A DNA stretch of 64,000 nt from Escherichia coli. Its GTDB lineage: Bacteria; Pseudomonadota; Gammaproteobacteria; Enterobacterales; Enterobacteriaceae. Position numbers and translations under genes: made by a program. How positions within the stretch are numbered: the stretch's first letter is position 1; every line of letters starts with the position of its first letter. The notes under the pieces are model-generated. The model saw only the letters and a list, made by a program, of their open reading frames with translations, searched no databases and was not told the DNA's origin. Positions 46,379 through 56,584 of the stretch are shown in pieces. The stretch lies in the NCBI RefSeq assembly GCF_003790525.1, contig NZ_CP033635.1; one strand, 5' to 3'.

Positions 46379-47262
46379 TCCAGAAAGATAAAGCGCGGGT
46401 TGATATTTTTGGTGAGCGTTTTCGCACTCGCGCGAGTCAGTTAACGCCTGGGTTAAGAGTTGTCGCCAGCTACATTAATGAGCATCGTGAAGTGGTACTC
46501 GAGCAAACGGCGATGGAAATTGCGGCCACGTTGAACACTTCCGATGCCACAGTTATCAGGGCTATACAGGCCCTGGGGTTTGCCGGGCTGCGTGATCTGA
46601 AACGCACTCTGGAACAGTGGCTTGGTCCAGCCCTTAGTTCCAGCGAAAAGATGTCTACGACGGTGAGTAACTTGACGAGCGATGTTAACACCGCAATCGA
46701 CTTTGTTCTTGAAGGGCATTTGTATACCTGTAATGTCCTGTCAGAGCCTGAAAACCGCCACGCGCTTGCGCAAGCTGTAGCGTTGTTGGTGCAGGCACGG
46801 CAAGTCGCTATTTTTGGCATTGGCGCTTCGGGTATCCTGGCGGACTATACCGCACGACTATTCAACCGCATAGGTTTGCCTGCCACGGCACTAAACCGTA
46901 CGGGTATTGGCCTTGCCGAGCAACTGATCGCGCTTCAACGTGGCGATGTTCTGATCATGATGGCGCAAAAATCTGCGCACCGGGAAGGGCTGACAACGCT
47001 TCGTGAGGCGAGGCGGCTGGGGATCCCTGTTATTTTGCTGACAAACGCGCTGGATTCACGTTTTAGCAAAGACGCCAGTATCGTGATTCATGTTCCGCGC
47101 GGGGATGAAAAAGGGAAAACGCCGCTACATGGTACGGTATTGTTGTGTCTGGAAATGATTGTCTGGTCGGTAGCTTCCGCAGTGCCGCAGCGTGCGGTTA
47201 AAACCATTAAGCGAATTAACGATTTCCATCGAGGACTGAAAACGGGAAGAAAGAATGGCTAA
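46375..47262 (+). CDS. RpiR/MurR-family transcriptional regulator (HTH plus SIS domain)
   Basis: 295-aa ORF with an N-terminal HTH (TAMEIAATLNTSDATVIRAIQALGFAGLRDLK) and a SIS phosphosugar-binding fold (IFGIGASGILA); overlaps the binding-protein stop. Confidence 0.8.
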   Translation: MIQKDKARVDIFGERFRTRASQLTPGLRVVASYINEHREVVLEQTAMEIAATLNTSDATVIRAIQALGFAGLRDLKRTLEQWLGPALSSSEKMSTTVSNLTSDVNTAIDFVLEGHLYTCNVLSEPENRHALAQAVALLVQARQVAIFGIGASGILADYTARLFNRIGLPATALNRTGIGLAEQLIALQRGDVLIMMAQKSAHREGLTTLREARRLGIPVILLTNALDSRFSKDASIVIHVPRGDEKGKTPLHGTVLLCLEMIVWSVASAVPQRAVKTIKRINDFHRGLKTGRKNG

Positions 47263-47306
47263 TCTGGGCTGAGACCGGTAGCAACACCGGCCTCTTTTCA
47301 GGAATG

Positions 47307-47621
47307 TTAAATCCCCGGTTGCAGGATGCGGATATTCATCTCCAGCACATCGCCTTTTACGGCCTCGCTGTACGCTTTCATGTGCGGGGTCTGCAAGTGC
47401 GCTTCAAGATGCGCGATGCTTTCCCACTGCTCAATCATCACGATAGAATCCGGTGCCATAGACTGGAAACTCACGCCAGCAGCGCAATCCACCATTGGCG
47501 CATAGCCGTGGCAACCTTCTTCTTTCAGTACGGTTGGAACGATTTTAGCAAACTGATCCAACACTGCCTGACGGTGATGTTGACCAGGACGAGTACGGAT
47601 TTCTGCGATTACTGTAATCAT
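47307..47621 (-). CDS. ygiN: Quinol monooxygenase
   Basis: 104-aa ORF MITVIAEIRTRPGQHHRQAVLDQF... (ABM domain). Confidence 0.9.
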   Translation of the reverse strand: MITVIAEIRTRPGQHHRQAVLDQFAKIVPTVLKEEGCHGYAPMVDCAAGVSFQSMAPDSIVMIEQWESIAHLEAHLQTPHMKAYSEAVKGDVLEMNIRILQPGI

Positions 47622-47651
47622 GGTTAACTCCTTCTAAAGCCAGAGCTCTAG

Positions 47652-48233
47652 TTAACCAAAAATTTCCACAAGATGCTTGCGATATTCTTCAGTATAGCGG
47701 GGAACATCAGGCATTTTTATCACGTCATTAGCGATAAATGTCGGCAGCGGTTCCATGCCAAGGAATTGGTTTGCTTTATGAAACGGCAGGTACACACCGT
47801 CAACACCAACGCCGTGGAAGAACTGATCTTTTTCGGTGAAGGCTTCCATTGGTGCGTTCCAGGTCAGAGAAAGCATATATTTTTTGCCCTGTACCAGGCC
47901 GCCGGAGCCGTATTTTTTCGACGGATCTTTGCGGGTACGACCATCGCTGGCATACAGCGTCCCGTGACCTTCGGTGAATACATCATCAATGTATTTTTTC
48001 ACTGTCCACGGCGCGCCCATCCACCAGCCTGGCATCTGCCAGATCACCACATCAGCCCAGAGAAAGTTTTGTACTTCCGCTTTGACATCGTAGTCGCTGT
48101 CGGCGCGAACGATGCGGACATCATGCCCGAGGTCGCGCAGTGTGCCATCCGCGACTTCGGTCAGGGTGTCGTTCAGTTGACCATTGGAGTGGGCGAATTT
48201 TTTCGCGCCGTTGATAATCAGGATGTTGCTCAT
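47652..48233 (-). CDS. mdaB: NADPH:quinone oxidoreductase
   Basis: 193-aa ORF MSNILIINGAKKFAHSNGQLNDTL... Confidence 0.9.
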   Translation of the reverse strand: MSNILIINGAKKFAHSNGQLNDTLTEVADGTLRDLGHDVRIVRADSDYDVKAEVQNFLWADVVIWQMPGWWMGAPWTVKKYIDDVFTEGHGTLYASDGRTRKDPSKKYGSGGLVQGKKYMLSLTWNAPMEAFTEKDQFFHGVGVDGVYLPFHKANQFLGMEPLPTFIANDVIKMPDVPRYTEEYRKHLVEIFG

Positions 48234-48342
48234 TTTTTAACCTTAAGGTGAGACGTTTGCCGACTATAGTACGTCACAGAGCGGTACGGTGAAATTAGCA
48301 AAATGTGCAAAGTCTTTTGCGAATTTAGCAAAAGTCTTACCC

Positions 48343-49692
48343 TTACCAGCTTACTTTCGCCTCAAATCCACCTTGTTCCGCATTCCCAAACTCAACATTC
48401 ATGTCATGCAGCTTGGCGATTCGCTGGACAATTGAAAGCCCAAGTCCACTGCCGGTAGCGGTTTGTCCGGGTGGGCGATAGAAGCGTTCGCCAATTCTCG
48501 CCAGTGCCTCTGGCGTCACACCGGGGCCGTTATCCTTCACGATGAAATTATCGGCATTCAGCGTGACGTCCACCACGCAGCCCTGTGGACTGTAGCGCAC
48601 GGCGTTATCCAGAAGGTTTCGTACCAACAAACTTAGCAACAGCGGTTGTCCGGTGCGTTTGATGCCGTGGGCATTGAGTGTCAGTCGCACGTCAATTTTC
48701 GCCTGCTGCGCCGTGTGGTAAATATCCATCACCGACGATTGCAGGAGATCTTCAAGCGGGATCTCCGCGACGTCCTGAAGGTTATCCAGTGAGTCCAGCC
48801 GCGATAGCGTGAGCAGTTGATCAACCAGACGAGTAGCGCGATCGATCCCGGAATGTAATTGGAGCAGCGCTTTTTTCCGCGCCTGCGGATCATCGTCAGA
48901 GAGCTGAGCAACTTCGGTTTGCACTTTCAGCGCCGTTAACGGGCTACGAAGTTCGTGAGCTGCGTCGGAGGTAAAGCGTCGTTCACGAACCATCATCGCA
49001 TGTGTGCGGGCGAACAGTTGATTCAACGACTCAACCAGTGGGCGCACTTCGCTGGGTACGCCCGTCGCGTTTAGTGGTTTTTCCGAGTCTGGGTCACGCA
49101 TACGTAGTGCCAGCGCCAGTTTGTTCAGCGGCGCGAGTTCACGACCCAGTAGTACCATCATGATGATTAACATAATCGGCAGTGCGACCAGCCACGGGAT
49201 CAATTGTCCGGCAACAATCGCCAGCGCCATGTCTTCACGGTATTCCCATTCCTGACCAACAACAATGCGATATTTGCCATCAGGTGAGGTCATCCAGACA
49301 AAACGCCATTGATCTTTATCGCCCACCAGTTGCCCGTCAGCAAAACCTTCTCGTTGATAGCTATAAGGAATATCTTCTCCATTATCGCCATCGTTAAGGA
49401 CCATTCTGCCGTCGTGGGTAAAGATGGCAAAGGTCAGCGCATCGTCATCAACATGACCGTGTTTTAATTTATTTGGCGTCTGTGCCATGCGATCCGCCGC
49501 GTTGATTTCGTTGAGATCGAGCGTACTTAACCGTTTGGCAAACAGCATCAGTTGGGTGTCGAACAACTCATCGACGTTATCCGTTGTTTGTTTCCAGGCG
49601 ACAAAGCTGGAAAGCAGCCAGGTCACCGAGGCCAGAATTAAAAAGATTAGCGTTAGCCTGACTCGCAGACTAAGACGTTGGGTAAATTTCAT
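48343..49692 (-). CDS. qseC: Sensor histidine kinase QseC
   Basis: 449-aa ORF with two TM helices, an H-box ([12 protein letters not shown]) and an ATPase domain. Confidence 0.9.
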   Translation of the reverse strand: MKFTQRLSLRVRLTLIFLILASVTWLLSSFVAWKQTTDNVDELFDTQLMLFAKRLSTLDLNEINAADRMAQTPNKLKHGHVDDDALTFAIFTHDGRMVLNDGDNGEDIPYSYQREGFADGQLVGDKDQWRFVWMTSPDGKYRIVVGQEWEYREDMALAIVAGQLIPWLVALPIMLIIMMVLLGRELAPLNKLALALRMRDPDSEKPLNATGVPSEVRPLVESLNQLFARTHAMMVRERRFTSDAAHELRSPLTALKVQTEVAQLSDDDPQARKKALLQLHSGIDRATRLVDQLLTLSRLDSLDNLQDVAEIPLEDLLQSSVMDIYHTAQQAKIDVRLTLNAHGIKRTGQPLLLSLLVRNLLDNAVRYSPQGCVVDVTLNADNFIVKDNGPGVTPEALARIGERFYRPPGQTATGSGLGLSIVQRIAKLHDMNVEFGNAEQGGFEAKVSW

Positions 49693-50348
49693 TTCTCACC
49701 TAATGTGTAGCCAATACCATGAACGGTACGAATAAAATCACTGCCGAGTTTGCGTCGCAGATGATGCACATGCACTTCAACGGCATTACTGGTGACCTCT
49801 TCGTCCCAGGTATACAGTTTCTCTTCAATCAGTTTGCGCGGCAGTACCCGACCAGCGTTACGCATCAGTAATTCCAGCAGGGCAAATTCTTTTGGCTTCA
49901 GCGTTAAGGGTTCGCCAGCCAGCGTGGCGATACGTTTGCCGGGGTCGAGCATGACGTTGCCGTGGCGCAGCTCGTTGCTGGCCTGGCCGTTGGTTCGGCG
50001 CATCAGAGCTTCCAGCCTGGCGGCGACTTCTATCAACGCAAAAGGTTTACACAGATAATCGTCAGCTCCCAGACGCAGCCCTTCTACACGTTCCGCCAGC
50101 GCATCGCGCGCGGTCAGGATCAAAACCGGCTCACGCTGACCTTTTTCTCGCCATTCGCGCAAAATATCGCGACCATCCATGCCCGGTAAGGTTAAATCCA
50201 GGATCACCGCATCATAAGGTGCGCTATATAGCGCCTCTTTTCCCTGACGACCTTGTGTAAACCAGTCGACGCTAAAACCCATTTTACTAAGGCCCGTTTT
50301 GATGCCGTCGCCAATCAGCATGTCATCTTCTATCAGTAAAATTCGCAT
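49689..50348 (-). CDS. qseB: Response regulator QseB (OmpR family)
   Basis: 219-aa [18 protein letters not shown]...; overlaps the qseC start. Confidence 0.9.
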   Translation of the reverse strand: MRILLIEDDMLIGDGIKTGLSKMGFSVDWFTQGRQGKEALYSAPYDAVILDLTLPGMDGRDILREWREKGQREPVLILTARDALAERVEGLRLGADDYLCKPFALIEVAARLEALMRRTNGQASNELRHGNVMLDPGKRIATLAGEPLTLKPKEFALLELLMRNAGRVLPRKLIEEKLYTWDEEVTSNAVEVHVHHLRRKLGSDFIRTVHGIGYTLGEK

Positions 50349-50499
50349 TTTTTCATCCCTGCGATAACCGTATTTGCTGCCAGTAAACCGTGTTGTAACG
50401 CGCTCTGTACAGCATTAAATTTTATTTTTTTCCCTTAAGAAGTTGTTAAGGACTATCTTGTTAAATGCTCGGAAACAGACATTAAAGGGAGTAATAAAC

Positions 50500-50892
50500 A
50501 TGAAAAAATACGCAGCAGTAATCGCAGTAATGGCCCTGTGCAGTGCACCGGTTATGGCAGCAGAGCAGGGAGGTTTTTCTGGCCCATCGGCAACGCAAAG
50601 TCAGGCCGGAGGATTCCAGGGGCCGAATGGCAGCGTAACGACTATAGAAAGCGCAAAATCCCTGCGTGACGACACCTGGGTAACCCTGCGCGGCAATATC
50701 GTTGAACGCATCTCTGACGATCTCTACGTGTTCAAAGATGCCAGCGGTACTATCAATGTTGATATCGACCACAAACGCTGGAACGGCATGACGGTGACGC
50801 CGAAAGATACGGTTGAGATTCAGGGTGAAGTCGATAAAGACTGGAATTCTGTTGAAATTGACGTCAAACAGATCCGCAAAGTAAATCCGTAA
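50500..50892 (+). CDS. ygiW: OB-fold periplasmic stress protein (BOF family)
   Basis: 130-aa product MKKYAAVIAVMALCSAPVMA...; ATG at 50500 with an AAGGGA SD. Confidence 0.85.
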   Translation: MKKYAAVIAVMALCSAPVMAAEQGGFSGPSATQSQAGGFQGPNGSVTTIESAKSLRDDTWVTLRGNIVERISDDLYVFKDASGTINVDIDHKRWNGMTVTPKDTVEIQGEVDKDWNSVEIDVKQIRKVNP

Positions 50893-50944
50893 TTGTTACC
50901 GCTCCCGGGACACGTTCCCGGGAATAATTTCGCAGGGAGGCAAA

Positions 50945-51427
50945 ATGACAAACCTGACACTGGATGTAAATATTATCGATTTCCCATCAATCCCTGTGGC
51001 GATGTTGCCGCACCGCTGTAGCCCTGAGTTGCTCAACTACAGTGTGGCGAAATTTATCATGTGGCGTAAAGAGACGGGGCTTTCTCCTGTTAACCAAAGC
51101 CAGACTTTTGGCGTCGCCTGGGACGACCCTGCCACCACCGCACCAGAAGCGTTTCGCTTTGATATCTGCGGCAGCGTTAGCGAACCGATCCCCGATAATC
51201 GTTATGGCGTAAGTAATGGTGAACTTACCGGTGGACGTTATGCTGTGGCCCGCCATGTTGGCGAGCTGGACGATATTTCACACACGATATGGGGCATCAT
51301 TCGCCACTGGCTTCCGGCAAGCGGCGAAAAAATGCGCAAGGCCCCGATCCTGTTTCACTACACCAATCTTGCCGAAGGGATGACAGAGCAGCGACTGGAA
51401 ACAGATGTTTATGTGCCGTTGGCGTGA
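50945..51427 (+). CDS. ygiV: GyrI-like domain protein
   Basis: 160-aa ORF MTNLTLDVNIIDFPSIPVAML... Confidence 0.8.
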   Translation: MTNLTLDVNIIDFPSIPVAMLPHRCSPELLNYSVAKFIMWRKETGLSPVNQSQTFGVAWDDPATTAPEAFRFDICGSVSEPIPDNRYGVSNGELTGGRYAVARHVGELDDISHTIWGIIRHWLPASGEKMRKAPILFHYTNLAEGMTEQRLETDVYVPLA

Positions 51428-51535
51428 TGAAGAATCTTTACCGGAGTGTGAGCCAAATCACTCGCGATAAGTTTGAGCGAACAATGCCACAGGCGTATTG
51501 TTGTTGGGCTTATAATTTCTCCGGTAAGGAATACC

Positions 51536-53143
51536 ATGTATACGCGAAATTTATTATGGCTGGTCAGCCTGGTAAGTGCGGCTCCTCTCTACGCTGCTGA
51601 CGTTCCCGCCAACACACCGCTCGCCCCGCAACAAGTCTTTCGTTACAACAATCATAGCGACCCAGGCACGCTCGACCCGCAAAAGGTGGAGGAGAATACT
51701 GCCGCGCAGATTGTGCTGGATCTGTTTGAAGGTCTGGTATGGATGGACGGTGAAGGCCAGGTGCAGCCCGCTCAGGCTGAACGCTGGGAGATACTGGACG
51801 GCGGCAAGCGCTATATTTTCCATCTGCGTAGCGGTTTGCAGTGGTCAGACGGTCAGCCTCTGACGGCAGAGGATTTTGTCCTCGGCTGGCAGCGCGCGGT
51901 TGACCCGAAAACGGCAAGCCCTTTTGCTGGCTATCTGGCACAGGCGCACATTAACAATGCCGCGGCTATTGTTGCGGGTAAAGCAGATGTTACATCGCTG
52001 GGTGTCAAAGCGACGGATGATCGTACTCTTGAAGTTACGCTTGAGCAGCCAGTTCCTTGGTTCACGACGATGCTCGCCTGGCCGACGCTGTTCCCGGTTC
52101 CTCATCATGTCATCGCTAAACATGGCGATAGCTGGAGTAAGCCAGAGAACATGGTTTACAACGGTGCCTTTGTGCTTGATCAGTGGGTAGTTAACGAAAA
52201 GATTACTGCACGCAAAAATCCAAAGTACCGCGATGCGCAACATACAGTATTGCAACAGGTTGAGTATCTGGCGCTGGATAATTCGGTCACCGGCTATAAC
52301 CGCTATCGCGCGGGAGAGGTCGATCTCACCTGGGTTCCGGCGCAGCAAATTCCCGCCATTGAAAAATCACTGCCTGGCGAGCTACGAATTATTCCGCGTC
52401 TGAACAGCGAATATTACAACTTCAACCTTGAGAAACCGCCATTTAACGATGTGCGGGTGCGTCGGGCGCTATATCTTACGGTTGATCGACAGCTTATTGC
52501 GCAAAAGGTACTGGGGTTGAGAACGCCCGCAACTACGCTGACGCCGCCAGAGGTAAAAGGCTTTAGCGCGACGACGTTCGATGAACTGCAAAAGCCGCTG
52601 AGTGAGCGCGTCGCGATGGCAAAAGCCTTGTTGAAACAGGCGGGATACGACGCCTCTCATCCGCTTCGCTTTGAGCTGTTCTACAACAAGTACGATCTGC
52701 ATGAAAAGACCGCGATAGCGTTGTCTTCCGAATGGAAAAAATGGCTGGGTGCACAGGTGACGCTGCGCACAATGGAGTGGAAAACTTATCTTGATGCCCG
52801 ACGAGCCGGTGATTTCATGTTGTCTCGGCAGTCGTGGGATGCGACGTACAATGATGCCTCCACCTTTCTGAACACGCTTAAGAGCGATAGCGAGGAAAAT
52901 GTCGGCCACTGGAAAAACGCGCAGTATGACGCCTTACTAAACCAGGCGGCACAAACGGCTGATGCAACAAAGCGTAATGCGTTGTATCAGCAGGCAGAAG
53001 TGATCATCAACCAGCAGGCACCGCTCATTCCTGTCTATTATCAGCCGTTAATCAAACTGCTTAAACCCTACGTTGGCGGTTTTCCGCTGCATAATCCCCA
53101 GGATTATGTCTACAGCAAAGAGTTGTATATCAAGGCACATTGA
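51536..53143 (+). CDS. ygiS: Periplasmic solute-binding protein, family 5 (OppA-like)
   Basis: Product starting MYTRNLLWLVSLVSAAPLYA at the ATG at 51536, with a TAAGGA SD. Confidence 0.85.
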   Translation: MYTRNLLWLVSLVSAAPLYAADVPANTPLAPQQVFRYNNHSDPGTLDPQKVEENTAAQIVLDLFEGLVWMDGEGQVQPAQAERWEILDGGKRYIFHLRSGLQWSDGQPLTAEDFVLGWQRAVDPKTASPFAGYLAQAHINNAAAIVAGKADVTSLGVKATDDRTLEVTLEQPVPWFTTMLAWPTLFPVPHHVIAKHGDSWSKPENMVYNGAFVLDQWVVNEKITARKNPKYRDAQHTVLQQVEYLALDNSVTGYNRYRAGEVDLTWVPAQQIPAIEKSLPGELRIIPRLNSEYYNFNLEKPPFNDVRVRRALYLTVDRQLIAQKVLGLRTPATTLTPPEVKGFSATTFDELQKPLSERVAMAKALLKQAGYDASHPLRFELFYNKYDLHEKTAIALSSEWKKWLGAQVTLRTMEWKTYLDARRAGDFMLSRQSWDATYNDASTFLNTLKSDSEENVGHWKNAQYDALLNQAAQTADATKRNALYQQAEVIINQQAPLIPVYYQPLIKLLKPYVGGFPLHNPQDYVYSKELYIKAH

Positions 53144-53280
53144 TGTCTTTATCGCCGTCGGAGCACGTCCGGCGGCGCTATTCACGCTGATCTCCTGTGA
53201 CTCGACGCGGCAGATAATGTAGTATCTCCGGCAATATTGCCCCTTTGAAGGCTGGCGAATAAGTTGAGGAATCAGAATTA

Positions 53281-55539
53281 ATGAGCGATATGGCAGAGCG
53301 CCTTGCGCTACATGAATTTACGGAAAACGCCTACTTAAACTACTCCATGTACGTGATCATGGACCGTGCGTTGCCGTTTATTGGTGATGGTCTGAAACCC
53401 GTTCAGCGGCGCATTGTGTATGCGATGTCTGAACTGGGTCTGAATGCCAGTGCCAAATTTAAAAAATCGGCCCGTACCGTCGGTGACGTACTGGGTAAAT
53501 ACCATCCGCACGGCGATATTGCCTGTTATGGAGCGATGGTCCTGATGGCGCAGCCGTTCTCTTACCGTTATCCGCTGGTTGATGGTCAGGGGAACTGGGG
53601 CGCGCCGGACGATCCGAAATCGTTCGCGGCAATGCGTTACACCGAATCCCGGTTATCGAAATATTCTGAGTTGCTATTAAGCGAGCTTGGACAGGGGACG
53701 GCTGACTGGGTGCCAAACTTCGACGGCACCTTACAGGAGCCGAAAATGCTGCCAGCCCGCCTGCCGAACATTTTGCTTAACGGCACCACCGGTATTGCCG
53801 TCGGCATGGCGACCGATATTCCACCGCATAACCTGCGTGAAGTGGCTCAGGCGGCAATCGCATTAATCGACCAGCCGAAAACCACGCTCGATCAGCTGCT
53901 GGATATCGTGCAGGGGCCGGATTATCCGACTGAAGCGGAAATTATCACTTCGCGCGCCGAGATTCGTAAAATCTACGAGAACGGACGTGGTTCAGTGCGT
54001 ATGCGCGCGGTTTGGAAGAAAGAAGATGGCGCGGTGGTTATTAGCGCATTGCCGCATCAGGTTTCAGGTGCGCGCGTACTGGAGCAAATTGCTGCGCAAA
54101 TGCGCAACAAAAAGCTGCCGATGGTTGACGATCTGCGCGATGAATCTGACCACGAGAACCCGACCCGTCTGGTGATTGTGCCGCGTTCCAACCGCGTGGA
54201 TATGGATCAGGTGATGAACCACCTCTTCGCTACCACCGATCTGGAAAAGAGCTATCGCATTAACCTCAATATGATCGGTCTGGATGGTCGTCCGGCGGTG
54301 AAAAACCTGCTGGAAATCCTCTCCGAATGGCTGGTGTTCCGCCGCGATACCGTGCGCCGCCGACTGAACTATCGTCTGGAGAAAGTCCTCAAGCGCCTGC
54401 ATATCCTCGAAGGTTTGCTGGTGGCGTTTCTCAATATCGACGAAGTGATTGAGATCATTCGTAATGAAGATGAACCGAAACCGGCGCTGATGTCGCGGTT
54501 TGGCCTTACGGAAACCCAGGCGGAAGCGATCCTCGAACTGAAACTGCGTCATCTTGCCAAACTGGAAGAGATGAAGATTCGCGGTGAGCAGAGTGAGCTG
54601 GAAAAAGAGCGCGACCAGTTGCAGGGCATTTTGGCTTCCGAGCGTAAAATGAATAACCTGCTGAAGAAAGAACTGCAGGCAGACGCGCAAGCCTACGGTG
54701 ACGAACGTCGTTCGCCGTTGCAGGAACGCGAAGAAGCGAAAGCGATGAGCGAGCACGACATGCTGCCGTCTGAACCTGTCACCATTGTGCTGTCGCAGAT
54801 GGGCTGGGTACGCAGCGCTAAAGGCCATGATATCGACGCGCCGGGCCTGAATTATAAAGCGGGCGATAGCTTCAAAGCGGCGGTGAAAGGTAAGAGCAAC
54901 CAACCGGTAGTGTTTGTTGATTCCACCGGTCGTAGCTATGCCATCGACCCGATTACGCTGCCGTCGGCGCGTGGTCAGGGCGAACCGCTCACCGGCAAAT
55001 TAACGTTGCCGCCTGGAGCGACCGTTGACCATATGCTGATGGAAAGCGACGATCAGAAACTGCTGATGGCTTCCGATGCGGGTTACGGTTTCGTCTGCAC
55101 CTTTAACGATCTGGTGGCGCGTAACCGTGCAGGTAAGGCTTTGATCACCTTACCGGAAAATGCCCATGTTATGCCGCCGGTGGTGATTGAGGATGCTTCC
55201 GATATGCTGCTGGCAATCACTCAGGCAGGCCGTATGTTGATGTTCCCGGTAAGCGATCTGCCGCAGTTGTCGAAGGGCAAAGGCAATAAGATTATCAACA
55301 TTCCGTCGGCAGAAGCCGCGCGTGGCGAGGATGGTCTGGCGCAACTGTACGTTCTACCACCGCAAAGCACGCTGACCATTCATGTTGGGAAACGCAAAAT
55401 TAAACTGCGTCCGGAAGAGCTACAGAAAGTCACTGGCGAACGTGGACGCCGCGGTACGTTGATGCGCGGTTTGCAGCGTATCGATCGTGTTGAGATCGAC
55501 TCTCCTCGCCGTGCCAGCAGCGGTGATAGCGAAGAGTAA
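53281..55539 (+). CDS. parC: DNA topoisomerase IV subunit A, carrying S80I and E84G in the QRDR
   Basis: 752-aa ORF; codon 80 is ATT (53518-53520) and codon 84 is GGA (53530-53532), giving [13 protein letters not shown]. Confidence 0.97.
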   Translation: MSDMAERLALHEFTENAYLNYSMYVIMDRALPFIGDGLKPVQRRIVYAMSELGLNASAKFKKSARTVGDVLGKYHPHGDIACYGAMVLMAQPFSYRYPLVDGQGNWGAPDDPKSFAAMRYTESRLSKYSELLLSELGQGTADWVPNFDGTLQEPKMLPARLPNILLNGTTGIAVGMATDIPPHNLREVAQAAIALIDQPKTTLDQLLDIVQGPDYPTEAEIITSRAEIRKIYENGRGSVRMRAVWKKEDGAVVISALPHQVSGARVLEQIAAQMRNKKLPMVDDLRDESDHENPTRLVIVPRSNRVDMDQVMNHLFATTDLEKSYRINLNMIGLDGRPAVKNLLEILSEWLVFRRDTVRRRLNYRLEKVLKRLHILEGLLVAFLNIDEVIEIIRNEDEPKPALMSRFGLTETQAEAILELKLRHLAKLEEMKIRGEQSELEKERDQLQGILASERKMNNLLKKELQADAQAYGDERRSPLQEREEAKAMSEHDMLPSEPVTIVLSQMGWVRSAKGHDIDAPGLNYKAGDSFKAAVKGKSNQPVVFVDSTGRSYAIDPITLPSARGQGEPLTGKLTLPPGATVDHMLMESDDQKLLMASDAGYGFVCTFNDLVARNRAGKALITLPENAHVMPPVVIEDASDMLLAITQAGRMLMFPVSDLPQLSKGKGNKIINIPSAEAARGEDGLAQLYVLPPQSTLTIHVGKRKIKLRPEELQKVTGERGRRGTLMRGLQRIDRVEIDSPRRASSGDSEE

Positions 55540-55545
55540 TATGCC

Positions 55546-55610
55546 GGGGAGGGCGCTGTTTCCTCCCGCTTGCAAGGAACGCCGGATGAAACGTTAAGTC
55601 GTCATCCGGC
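55546..55610. repeat. Two hairpins after parC (terminator and/or REP-like element)
   Basis: gggagg...cctccc, then gccggatga-(12-nt loop)-tcatccggc. Confidence 0.35.
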
Positions 55611-55772
55611 AGCGTATTCAACCCCCGGAAACGATAAAAATTCCCTTGAAACCGTTGTTTATTCATGCGTTGCGATTAACAATACGCTTTTCCAGAGAGC
55701 TGCTTTTAACAATGCCCTAACCTGATTTCAGGTGACGTACAATGCCAGTCTCTCAGACCTTCAGAGGGTGTT

Positions 55773-56510
55773 ATGCTATATATCTTTCGTCTTATTATTA
55801 CCGTGATTTACAGCATTTTAGTCTGTGTATTCGGCTCCATTTACTGCCTTTTCAGCCCGCGTAATCCGAAACATGTGGCCACCTTTGGGCATATGTTTGG
55901 CCGTCTTGCGCCGCTGTTCGGCCTGAAAGTGGAGTGCCGCAAACCTGCAGACGCTGAAAGTTACGGCAATGCTATCTATATCGCTAACCACCAGAACAAC
56001 TATGACATGGTGACAGCATCGAACATTGTGCAACCGCCGACGGTAACGGTAGGTAAAAAGAGCTTGCTGTGGATCCCCTTCTTCGGGCAGTTGTACTGGT
56101 TAACCGGTAACTTATTGATCGACAGAAACAATCGCACTAAAGCTCACGGCACTATTGCGGAAGTCGTGAATCACTTCAAAAAACGCCGTATTTCCATCTG
56201 GATGTTCCCGGAAGGAACCCGCAGCCGTGGTCGCGGCCTGCTACCGTTCAAGACCGGGGCATTTCACGCGGCAATTGCGGCGGGCGTCCCGATTATTCCC
56301 GTGTGCGTCTCTACAACTTCGAATAAGATTAATCTTAATCGGCTACACAACGGTCTGGTGATTGTCGAAATGCTGCCGCCAATTGACGTCAGTCAGTATG
56401 GCAAAGATCAGGTTCGCGAGTTGGCTGCCCATTGTCGTTCGATAATGGAACAAAAAATCGCTGAGCTCGATAAAGAAGTCGCAGAGCGCGAAGCCGCCGG
56501 AAAAGTTTAA
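55773..56510 (+). CDS. plsC: 1-acyl-sn-glycerol-3-phosphate acyltransferase
   Basis: 245-aa ORF with the acyltransferase motifs NHQNNYD and FPEGTRS. Confidence 0.9.
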   Translation: MLYIFRLIITVIYSILVCVFGSIYCLFSPRNPKHVATFGHMFGRLAPLFGLKVECRKPADAESYGNAIYIANHQNNYDMVTASNIVQPPTVTVGKKSLLWIPFFGQLYWLTGNLLIDRNNRTKAHGTIAEVVNHFKKRRISIWMFPEGTRSRGRGLLPFKTGAFHAAIAAGVPIIPVCVSTTSNKINLNRLHNGLVIVEMLPPIDVSQYGKDQVRELAAHCRSIMEQKIAELDKEVAEREAAGKV

Positions 56511-56584
56511 GTCGGCAATCTGTATTTTTGCGGGGAACACTTTCCTGCACGGTATTACTTTAGCCAGTTTTACATGGAGCAAAT

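Noticed and set aside
47673-48251. 192-aa plus-strand ORF opposite mdaB
   Set aside because: Antisense shadow; mdaB on the minus strand is the recognisable gene.
54064-54903. 279-aa minus-strand ORF inside parC
   Set aside because: Antisense shadow ORF of parC.
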